Shown: positions 56,610 through 64,000 of the stretch, piece by piece
Layout of the letters: each line of letters opens with the position of its first letter
Numbering within the stretch: the first letter of the stretch is position 1
From: Nitrospirota bacterium
Lineage (GTDB): Bacteria > Nitrospirota > Thermodesulfovibrionia > Thermodesulfovibrionales > SM23-35
Length of the DNA: 64,000 nucleotides
Direction: 5' to 3'
Assembly: GCA_040753955.1 (NCBI GenBank)
Contig: JBFMDQ010000001.1
Location: 44,668 to 108,667, forward strand
Made by a program: the position numbers and the translations under genes
Notes under the pieces: generated by a model
Database searches by the model: none
Seen by the model: only the letters and a program-made list of their open reading frames with translations
What the model was told of the DNA's origin: nothing

Positions 56610-56836
56610 CCCAGTTAATTCATGCAACACACACAGATGATAGAAAACCAATATGTTCAAAGAAGTCATGCAATGCCCACAATACACTCTGTATTTATTA
56701 AAACAGGGGACGTAGCTACAAGCAACGTCCCAGGTGAGTAATTCACTTTAAGTTCAGTCACAGCAAGGAATTCCGCCTTTTCAGGACGTTGATGATATCT
56801 ACGTCCTTCAAAAGAAAAATTTATGAATTAACTGGG
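56610..56836. mobile_element. 227-bp MITE with perfect 14-bp TIRs and CTAA target-site duplication
   Basis: cccagttaattcat (56610-56623) pairs with atgaattaactggg (56823-56836). ctaa is present on both flanks. Two internal GGACGT-N11-ACGTCC hairpins. The right TIR abuts the PBP1A stop codon. Confidence 0.75.
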
Positions 56837-59152
56837 CTAATCAAAATTAAGGTTTATTTGATCTTCCTTTATCCTCCAGATAGAAGTAGAAGGCGCAAAT
56901 TTTTTCGGCTCCGTGCCTTCCTTAAAATATTCTTTTATACCTGCTGCCTCGACCACTGATAAAAGCCCTGTTGCCGGGTCTATAATGCAACTTACGATAC
57001 CGTCATCAGGTAGAGAGAATTCTTGAGGTTCGCCCTTTAATACATCCTTCATAAAAGATACCCAGATAGGAGATGCTGCACGCGCGCCTGTCTCCTGAGG
57101 ACCGAGGGGTCTCATGTCGTCAAAACCAACCCAGACAACAGCAACTAAATCCGGGGAATAGCCTGCAAACCATGCATCTCTGAATTCGTTTGTTGTCCCT
57201 GTCTTTCCGGCGACAGGCCGACCGAGTGCTTTAGCCCTCCATCCCGTACCATATTTTACAACATCCTCCATCATTGAGGTTATCAGGAAAGCAGTCTGGG
57301 GACTTATAACCTGCTCTGCCTCTGGTTCATTGCTTTCGAGAACCCTCCCCTTTGAATCTATGATATATTTAATTGTGATGGGTTTTTTTACCCTCATACC
57401 ATTGCTTGCAAATACATCAAAACATAAAGCAAGTTCCATGGGGGTAATGCTCATTGAGCCCAGTGAGATGGTCAGATCTCCCGGCATCTCACCCTGAAGA
57501 CCTAAGGTTCTCGCAAAATCTATCACGCTATTTACCCCAATTGCTTCAACCAATTTTACTGTAACTACGTTTCTTGAATATGCTAATGCCTCTCTCAGAC
57601 GTGTTGGCCCGTAAAATTTATGGTCGTAGTTTTCGGGGCTCCATTCACCTTTTGGTCCCCCCCGGTAGGTTACGGGTTCGTCTGCTATGATGCTTGCTGG
57701 AGTAAAGCCATGGTCTATTGCAGCTGCATATATGATAGGCTTGAACGCAGAACCTGGCTGGCGCTTTGCATTTACAGCCCTGTTAAATTCGCTCTTTACA
57801 AAATCATATCCGCCAATCATTACCTTGATGAACCCGGTGCTCGGCTCTAAGGCAACAATAGCCCCTTCTACCTCCGGCTCCTGCTCAAGGGAAAGCCGGA
57901 TATCATTGTCCTTGATACTTTTAATGCCTACCTTAACAACATCTCCAGATTTGAGTATCTGCGTCAACCTAAAATTTTCCAAAATTTTGCCTGTACCCTT
58001 CTTTGGGTCGAGAACCTTAGATGCCCATCTTGCATCCTCAATCAAGAGTTTTCCTACAATACCTCTCGTCTTTATCAGGGCTTCTTTTTCGGTAACCTTA
58101 AGAACAACTCCAGAGGAAATATCCCGGGTACTTGCAATTACAGGAGGTATGAGTTCCTTGCCTTTCAATTCCTTTTTGATATCAACGTCCTTCCTGTGTT
58201 CTAATGGCCCTCGCCATCCTCTTCTTTTGTCGAGTTCCCTGAGACCCTCCTGGAGCGCCTTCGATGCCGATAATTGTGCATTTCTATCTAATGTGGTATA
58301 TACCTTTAATCCTCCTCTATATACGAGTTCTGCGCCATATTTTTCTTCAAGATATTTTCTTATGTACTCCATGAAATAGTTATGGGCTTCTGTTCCCTTC
58401 TTTACGCTTGAAAGATAAAAGGGCTGTTTTAATGCATTCTCTTTCTCAGATTTTTTGATGTATCCCTCTTCCTCCATCCTTGAAAGAACGATCTGCTGTC
58501 TCTCTCTGGCTTTTGTAAGGTTATTGTATGGAGAATATAATGAGGGTGCCTTTATGAGGCCCGCAATGAGTGAAGCCTCAGGTAGGGTTATATCCTTTAC
58601 TGACTTTCCAAAATATACCCTTGAAGCCATCTCAACACCATATGCACCATGGCCAAAATAGACTTTGTTCAGATAAAGTTCAAGTATCTCTTCCTTATTA
58701 AGGCTTTTTTCTATCTTTATCGCAAGTGCTGCCTCCCTGAGCTTTCTCTTTAGAGTCTTTTCCGGTGTAAGGAACATTATCTTTGCAAGCTGTTGTGTTA
58801 TTGTGCTTCCACCCTCTTTTAACTCTGCATAGAGAATGTCTTTAATGAGTGCCCTTGTTATCGCAATATAGTCAATACCTTTATGCCTCCAGAACCTCGA
58901 ATCTTCAACTGCTATTGCAGCATTTACCATATTTTCCGGCATCTTGTGTAGGGGAACAAATATACCTTTTTCTACCTTTAGCTCTCCTACAAGGACATCA
59001 TCAGCAGCATATATCTTTGTGCCTGCTGCAGGCCTGTATTGCTTCAGGTCTTCAACAGAAGGTATTCCCTTTTCGATTGCAAAATAACTTCCGGCAGAGG
59101 CTCCAAGGATGATGGAGAGGGCTATAAAAATAAGAATAAATTTAAATCGCAT
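56837..59152 (-). CDS. mrcA: penicillin-binding protein 1A (bifunctional transglycosylase/transpeptidase)
   Basis: GT51 motifs EDSRFWRHKGID, GGSTITQQ and RKLRE. Transpeptidase motifs SAFKP, SRN and KTGT. Confidence 0.95.
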   Translation of the reverse strand: MRFKFILIFIALSIILGASAGSYFAIEKGIPSVEDLKQYRPAAGTKIYAADDVLVGELKVEKGIFVPLHKMPENMVNAAIAVEDSRFWRHKGIDYIAITRALIKDILYAELKEGGSTITQQLAKIMFLTPEKTLKRKLREAALAIKIEKSLNKEEILELYLNKVYFGHGAYGVEMASRVYFGKSVKDITLPEASLIAGLIKAPSLYSPYNNLTKARERQQIVLSRMEEEGYIKKSEKENALKQPFYLSSVKKGTEAHNYFMEYIRKYLEEKYGAELVYRGGLKVYTTLDRNAQLSASKALQEGLRELDKRRGWRGPLEHRKDVDIKKELKGKELIPPVIASTRDISSGVVLKVTEKEALIKTRGIVGKLLIEDARWASKVLDPKKGTGKILENFRLTQILKSGDVVKVGIKSIKDNDIRLSLEQEPEVEGAIVALEPSTGFIKVMIGGYDFVKSEFNRAVNAKRQPGSAFKPIIYAAAIDHGFTPASIIADEPVTYRGGPKGEWSPENYDHKFYGPTRLREALAYSRNVVTVKLVEAIGVNSVIDFARTLGLQGEMPGDLTISLGSMSITPMELALCFDVFASNGMRVKKPITIKYIIDSKGRVLESNEPEAEQVISPQTAFLITSMMEDVVKYGTGWRAKALGRPVAGKTGTTNEFRDAWFAGYSPDLVAVVWVGFDDMRPLGPQETGARAASPIWVSFMKDVLKGEPQEFSLPDDGIVSCIIDPATGLLSVVEAAGIKEYFKEGTEPKKFAPSTSIWRIKEDQINLNFD

Positions 59153-59202
59153 CTTTAAATTATACCCTCATACATTAGACCTGTCAAAATGGAGGTCAAA
59201 AT

Positions 59203-59233
59203 AAAAAGGGGCGTATGGAATACGCCCCTTTTT
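59203..59233 (-). terminator. rho-independent (bidirectional) terminator after groEL
   Basis: aaaaaggggcgta-tggaa-tacgccccttttt. Confidence 0.75.
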
Positions 59234-59290
59234 ATCGACTATTGACTCCTGACGGTTCGACTGAGCTCGCCGAAGTCTCCCGGCTAATCT

Positions 59291-60919
59291 TTAGTACATC
59301 TCTCCTCCCATGCCACCGGGCATCTTCGGAGCCTTTTCTTCCTCTGGAATCTCTGTGACCATTACAGAGGTCGTCAGCATCAATGCTGCAACTGATGAGG
59401 CATTCTGCAGTGCATATCTTGTGACCTTTGTGGGGTCAATAATTCCTCTCTCCATCATGTTCACATATTCCTCTTTGTCTGCGTCAAAGCCAAAGTTGAT
59501 CTCTTTTGAGTGCTTTACCTTTTCGACTACTACTGAACCCTCGAGGCCTGCATTATTGACTATCTGCTTGATCGGTTCTTCAAGTGCCTTTCTTACAATC
59601 TCAATACCCACCTGCTGATCGCCCTCGAGTTTAAGATTTTTAAGCGCGGGTAGACATCTAATAAATGCAACACCTCCACCAGGTACGATACCTTCTTCAA
59701 CAGCCGCCCTTGTTGCATTTAATGCGTCCTCAACCCTTGCCTTTCTCTCTTTCATCTCTGTTTCTGTAGCAGCGCCAACATTTATTACTGCAACACCACC
59801 AACAAGCTTTGCAAGCCTTTCCTGAAGCTTCTCCCTGTCATAGTCGGATGTTGTCTCTTCTATCTGTGTCTTTATCTGTTTAACCCTTCCCTGAATCTTT
59901 GCCGAGTCTCCAGCACCTTCAACAATGGTTGTATTTTCCTTGTCTATAGTAATTTTCTTTGCCCTTCCAAGGTCAGACATCTTTACATTCTCAAGCTTTA
60001 TGCCGAGGTCCTCTGATATCATTGTCCCGCCTGTGAGGACTGCGATATCCTCGAGCATTGCCTTGCGTCTTTCGCCAAAGCCTGGAGCCTTTACAGCACA
60101 TACCTGAAGTGTCCCACGGAGTTTATTCACCACGAGTGTGGCGAGGGCTTCACCTTCAACCTCTTCTGCAACAATTAATAAAGGTTTCCCCATCTTTGCA
60201 ATCTGCTCGAGTATCGGGAGAAGGTCCTTCATACTCGATACCTTCTTCTCATGGATGAGAATGAACGCATCCTCGAGGGTACATTCCATCCTTTCAGCGT
60301 CGGTGATGAAATATGGAGATATATAACCCCTGTCAAACTGCATGCCCTCAACAACATCAAGAGTTGTTGCCATGCCTTTTGCCTCCTCGACCGTGATTAC
60401 ACCATCTTTACCAACCTTATCCATTGCTTCTGCAATGAGCTCTCCAATAGATGCATCGTTGTTTGCCGAGATTGTGCCGACCTGAGCAATCTCCTTCTTC
60501 TCCTGAACGGGTTTGCTGAGCTTCTTAAGCTCCTCGACAACTACTTCTACTGTTTTTTCAATTCCTCTTTTAAGGTCCATTGGATTTGCGCCTGCAGCAA
60601 CATTCTTAATCCCTTCTCTGTAAATAGCATGTGCAAGGACAGTTGCTGTCGTTGTCCCATCACCCGCTACATCAGATGTCTTTGATGCAACCTCCCTTAC
60701 AAGCTGGGCGCCCATATTTTCGTATGGATCTTTGAGTTCTATCTCTTTTGCAACCGTAACGCCATCCTTTGTGATTGTAGGCGCACCAAATTTCTTGTCG
60801 AGGATTGCATTTCTTCCCCTTGGGCCAAGTGTTGCCTTTACTGCATCGGTAAGTAAAGCTACTCCTTTGAGTATAGAGTTTCTTGCTGCCTCATCAAAAA
60901 TAAGCTGTTTAGCTGCCAT
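59291..60919 (-). CDS. groL: chaperonin GroEL
   Basis: [29 protein letters not shown]-terminal GGMGGEMY. Confidence 0.98.
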   Translation of the reverse strand: MAAKQLIFDEAARNSILKGVALLTDAVKATLGPRGRNAILDKKFGAPTITKDGVTVAKEIELKDPYENMGAQLVREVASKTSDVAGDGTTTATVLAHAIYREGIKNVAAGANPMDLKRGIEKTVEVVVEELKKLSKPVQEKKEIAQVGTISANNDASIGELIAEAMDKVGKDGVITVEEAKGMATTLDVVEGMQFDRGYISPYFITDAERMECTLEDAFILIHEKKVSSMKDLLPILEQIAKMGKPLLIVAEEVEGEALATLVVNKLRGTLQVCAVKAPGFGERRKAMLEDIAVLTGGTMISEDLGIKLENVKMSDLGRAKKITIDKENTTIVEGAGDSAKIQGRVKQIKTQIEETTSDYDREKLQERLAKLVGGVAVINVGAATETEMKERKARVEDALNATRAAVEEGIVPGGGVAFIRCLPALKNLKLEGDQQVGIEIVRKALEEPIKQIVNNAGLEGSVVVEKVKHSKEINFGFDADKEEYVNMMERGIIDPTKVTRYALQNASSVAALMLTTSVMVTEIPEEEKAPKMPGGMGGEMY

Positions 60920-60945
60920 TTATAACCCTCCTGTTCATAGAATTT

Positions 60946-61242
60946 TTAGCTTTCAATGATCCCTAAAATGTCTTCTTCCCTGATGATGAGATACTCTTCC
61001 TCATCAATCCTGATCTTTGAGCCTGAATACTTGTCAAAAAGTATAGTATCCCCAACCTTAACCTCCATTGGTTGACGTTTGCCATCATCAGTAACTCTGC
61101 CAGGACCTACTGCTACCACTGTTCCCTTTTGAGGTTTCTCCTTAGCCGTATCGGGAATATAAAGGCCCCCTGTTGTCTTTTCTTCTTCTGAGGAATACTT
61201 AACAAATACCCTGTCTCTAAGCGGTTTGAATTTCATACCCAT
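60946..61242 (-). CDS. groES: co-chaperonin GroES
   Basis: [34 protein letters not shown]. Confidence 0.95.
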   Translation of the reverse strand: MGMKFKPLRDRVFVKYSSEEEKTTGGLYIPDTAKEKPQKGTVVAVGPGRVTDDGKRQPMEVKVGDTILFDKYSGSKIRIDEEEYLIIREEDILGIIES

Positions 61243-61276
61243 TCGCTCCTTTCTTCATATAAGATTTTTGATTTTA

Positions 61277-61303
61277 TTAGCACTCAATACGAAAGAGTGC
61301 TAA
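61277..61303 (-). promoter_or_regulatory. CIRCE operator (HrcA binding site)
   Basis: TTAGCACTC-aatacgaaa-GAGTGCTAA, a perfect match to the 9-N9-9 CIRCE consensus, 35 nt upstream of the groES ATG. Confidence 0.9.
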
Positions 61304-61474
61304 TAATATAATTAGCGGAGGATAGAGAAGGCAAGGATTTTAAAAGGTTGAAAATCACAAAAAAATCTTGATAATTTCTTTTTTATTTAAAAATCTTTTA
61401 TTTTCTAATTTTTTTTATTAATATCTAAAAGGTTTTCTTTTCCAGCCCTTGATCTTTGGAAGATCTACTTTGTA

Positions 61475-62149
61475 CTATAACCACCTTTTAGTTCTTCTCG
61501 GCAGCCAGAGTCTTATTGTCAGGAGACCCGCAAGGAAACCTCCTATATGGGCAAACCACGCAACCCCACCCTCCTTAACAAGACCTGTGCTTATCAGGCC
61601 GTTAACGAATTGTATAACAGCCCAGAATCCGATAACTATAAAGGCAGGGATCTTCACAACTTGTACAAAGAAACCCAAAAATATCAGTGTATATACCCCT
61701 GCCCTGGGAAAAAGTAGTAAATATGCACCGAGGACACCAGAAACGGCGCCGCTTGCTCCAATCATGGGTATAAACGAATGGGGCTCTGTGATTGCATGGG
61801 CATAGGCAGAGGCAATTCCACAGAAGATGTAAAAGACAATAAACCTTAAATGGCCTAATTTGTCTTCTATGTTGTTGCCGAATATCCATAGGTAAAGCAT
61901 GTTGCCTGCGAGGTGAAAAACTCCTCCATGCAAAAACATGGCAGAGAAGATTGTCAGTGCTGGATGTATCGGCTGGACCGCCTCGAAGGTCAGGATGTAA
62001 TTAGGGATTGCACCGTAAGCATAGGCAAGCTTTTCCATGTCAGATGGAGATGCGACTTGGAATAAGAATATAAGTAAGTTGAGTGTGATAATCCCTATCG
62101 TTACATAAGGGAGTGTATGGGTAGGATTATCATCTTTATAAGGAATCAA
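61475..62149 (-). CDS. rhomboid-family intramembrane serine protease
   Basis: Six TM helices, the HxxGN-type motif (FHLAGNMLYLW), catalytic GASGAVSG, and the downstream His in WFAHIGGFLAG. Confidence 0.85.
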   Translation of the reverse strand: MIPYKDDNPTHTLPYVTIGIITLNLLIFLFQVASPSDMEKLAYAYGAIPNYILTFEAVQPIHPALTIFSAMFLHGGVFHLAGNMLYLWIFGNNIEDKLGHLRFIVFYIFCGIASAYAHAITEPHSFIPMIGASGAVSGVLGAYLLLFPRAGVYTLIFLGFFVQVVKIPAFIVIGFWAVIQFVNGLISTGLVKEGGVAWFAHIGGFLAGLLTIRLWLPRRTKRWL

Positions 62150-62570
62150 TCGTCTTTACCTCTATTCCATTTTTTTCTAAAAGTCCTGTTGTCACACCTT
62201 TACCTGCCCTTTTTTCACCAGAGACCCATACATACGTTACCCCGCATGACGGACTCCCATCTTTAAAGATGGCCCTTTTTATCCTGAACATACCAGCAAT
62301 CCTGAGGACCTCCTCTGCTCCTTTAACTAAACTCTCTGTATAATTAATGCCATCTCTGTCTACGACCTCAGATTTTTGATCCAGAACAATTCTACCATTG
62401 CCTTTGGTAAACTGTACAGGTGGTCTTGGAGTCGGAAGACCTCCGAGTTGCTCGGGGCAGACAGGAATGGCCTTACCTGATGATACGAGTTCGACTATCC
62501 TTCTGTCTTCGCTATTTGTCCCATTACATCTCGTGTTAAAGCCTGCAAGGCACGCGCTAACGAGGAACAT
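62136..62570 (-). CDS. DUF523 family protein (YbbK-like)
   Basis: LVSACLAGFNTRCNG..PVCPEQLGGLPTPR..SPSCG signature. 144 aa. Overlaps the rhomboid start by 14 nt. Confidence 0.75.
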   Translation of the reverse strand: MFLVSACLAGFNTRCNGTNSEDRRIVELVSSGKAIPVCPEQLGGLPTPRPPVQFTKGNGRIVLDQKSEVVDRDGINYTESLVKGAEEVLRIAGMFRIKRAIFKDGSPSCGVTYVWVSGEKRAGKGVTTGLLEKNGIEVKTIDSL

Positions 62571-62660
62571 AACAAATTATACCAAAATGGAAGCATCTCT
62601 TTTTTCGTGACGAAAGTTAACGATATTTGTAATCTATTTGTAATCTATTAGTATAGAGGT

Positions 62661-62802
62661 AGGATATAGTATCTTCGCTCATTCTCGTCCCTCGATAAAC
62701 TCAGGACTCCGAGGCTTTTGCCTCTTTATTATTTAAAAATAGGCTTAAGGGTCCTGAATCAAGTTCAGGATCGGCAAAAGAAACCGCTCAGATATATATC
62801 CT
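62661..62802. mobile_element. 142-bp MITE (AGGATA..TATCCT TIR family), copy B
   Basis: Near-identical to 53764-53911, except for one internal hairpin (gcaccatgatatggtgc in copy A, tcgataaactcag in copy B) and the terminal 10-12 nt. Confidence 0.8.
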
Positions 62803-62923
62803 GCCATCACGGATTTGGAGATGCTTACTACCAAAACTTCATACTTGCATTTTGCCTTTGGATATGCTAAAGTCATCCCGATAATAATCCCGACAATAAA
62901 GGTCTAAAACAATAAAAAATTCC

Positions 62924-64000
62924 ATGGGGGTTATGATGGATAACAGAAGGATAGCTCTAATATTTCTGGTTATTGTTTTCATGATCATCCCTGTACATGC
63001 CAATGCTACAAAAGGCACTCTTTCAGATGAGGCCAAGATGTGTCTGGGTTGCCACTCAACTAAGGAAATGACCAGGGCTTTAGAAAGCAAAGAGATTTTA
63101 TCTTTATATATTGATGGCAAGGAGTTTTCGGATTCTATCCATAATATGTTTAGCTGCTCGGGCTGTCATCCAGATATCTCAATGGAAAAACACCCCCTGG
63201 TAAAGAAAATCAGCAGCAAAAAGGAATATTCAAAGAACGCCTCAAAAGTATGCAAGAACTGTCATCCCGATCAAGTGCTCAAGAAAAAACCCATGCATGG
63301 AAGTGTAGTAGCCCAGCCAAAGGCACCTGCGTGTGCCGAATGCCACGGCTCACACGATATAAAACGGATAGCAGAGTTGAAGGCCCCTCTAACTGAAAGC
63401 CAGTATTGCCTCATCTGCCATAAATATGACTTCAGTATACCACTGAAGAGTGGTGAATTTTTATCCCTTTATGCAGATGAGTCAGTTATTAGAAGATCTA
63501 TACACACTAAGCTTCAATGTGGTGCCTGTCATGCAGGTTTTTCAAAAGTCGAACACCCCATAAGGGTTTTTAAAAGCAAGCGCGACCATTCAATTACTGC
63601 TACAGAAGGGTGCGGAAAGTGTCATCCTGATGCACAAGAACAATACAAAGGCAGCATACACCATATCGTCTTGAGGGAAAACAATCTCAAGGCATCTGTA
63701 TGCATAGATTGCCATGGCTCCCACTCAGCAGTAAAGGTAGATAGGAATTTAGGTTTAATATCTTGCGATAAATGCCATGGGGATGTAAATGCCGCATACA
63801 AATTGAGCGTTCATAACACTGCAAGGATTAAAGGGAAAGAGGATGCTCCGATCTGTTCTACCTGCCATAAGTCACATGATATTGAAGTGACGGCAATGAC
63901 AATGAAGATGAAGGATAAGTGCCTGGAGTGTCACAAAGATGCTGAAAAGGCTCATAAAAAGTGGCTCTCCAATCCTCCTTTTAAGCTCTCCTCCTTTGCA
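62924..64000 (+). CDS. multiheme c-type cytochrome (at least 11 CXXCH), 3' end outside window
   Basis: My own translation; the ORF track misses it because it has no stop in the window. MGVMMDNRRIALIFLVIVFMIIPVHA signal peptide, then CLGCH, CSGCH, CKNCH, CAECH, CLICH, CGACH, CGKCH, CIDCH, CDKCH, CSTCH and CLECH. The frame is open to base 64000. Confidence 0.85.
   Translation, partial: MGVMMDNRRIALIFLVIVFMIIPVHANATKGTLSDEAKMCLGCHSTKEMTRALESKEILSLYIDGKEFSDSIHNMFSCSGCHPDISMEKHPLVKKISSKKEYSKNASKVCKNCHPDQVLKKKPMHGSVVAQPKAPACAECHGSHDIKRIAELKAPLTESQYCLICHKYDFSIPLKSGEFLSLYADESVIRRSIHTKLQCGACHAGFSKVEHPIRVFKSKRDHSITATEGCGKCHPDAQEQYKGSIHHIVLRENNLKASVCIDCHGSHSAVKVDRNLGLISCDKCHGDVNAAYKLSVHNTARIKGKEDAPICSTCHKSHDIEVTAMTMKMKDKCLECHKDAEKAHKKWLSNPPFKLSSFA

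Noticed and set aside
56622-56744. 40-codon ORF starting in the left TIR of the MITE (MQHTQMIENQYVQRSHAMPTIHSVFIKTGDVATSNVPGE)
   Set aside because: No RBS, it lies within a non-autonomous element, and it is too short with no recognisable motif. Treated as non-coding.
62839-63120. 93-aa minus-strand ORF
   Set aside because: It is antisense to the signal peptide and first heme motifs of the multiheme cytochrome, which has far stronger coding evidence (11 CXXCH motifs).

Overview
Chromosomal, mostly housekeeping window with about 58 protein genes and 2 tRNAs. I found no CRISPR array, prophage, integrase or transposase. The gene content points to an anaerobe: futalosine-pathway mqnD, a tungsten-type aldehyde:ferredoxin oxidoreductase, a periplasmic [NiFe] hydrogenase, feoAB, selB and a multiheme cytochrome c. 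Gene order looks Nitrospirota/Thermodesulfovibrio-like or deltaproteobacteria-like, but lineage cannot be proven from this sequence alone.

Conserved blocks, in order:
- ferredoxin-aor
- purF, M29-like peptidase, mqnD, selB
- yajC-secDF-recJ-rel, followed 11 nt later by a four-gene minor-pilin operon
- feoAB
- argG-dprA-topA
- MobB-like protein, archaeal-type (Pab1020/Rnl3) RNA ligase, convergent PIN 'ligase partner'
- HIT protein, tRNA-Leu
- miaA, hfq, NUDIX hydrolase
- small ORF, ccsA-like, hemA, hemC
- rpsB-tsf-pyrH-frr, DksA-like protein
- hydrogenase small subunit, large subunit, protease, hypC
- YprA/MrfA-type helicase
- capsule/EPS export set (Wza-like, Wzi, coiled-coil protein, Wzz-like, PAP2)
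- atpBE, pmm, PBP1A
- groESL with a perfect CIRCE operator
- rhomboid protease, DUF523 protein, a multiheme cytochrome c running off the window end

The most unusual signal is not a gene cluster. It is a dense population of small structured repeats:
- a C-run/G-run hairpin element that translates as P-P-[LF]-x-K-G-G-x-G-G
- heptanucleotide tandem arrays
- GTCATTCC...GGAATCCAG palindromes
- 140-230 bp MITEs, one with a CTAA target duplication

Several copies sit in frame inside single-copy housekeeping genes: mqnD, topA (twice), hemC (twice), the helicase, and the leader of the hydrogenase maturation protease. This resembles Rickettsia palindromic elements.

Secondary candidates:
- the RNA ligase/PIN-partner module
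- the rel-linked minor-pilin operon with a beta-helix-like PilX protein
- two genes (DksA-like, hydrogenase protease) with no canonical start codon at the expected position
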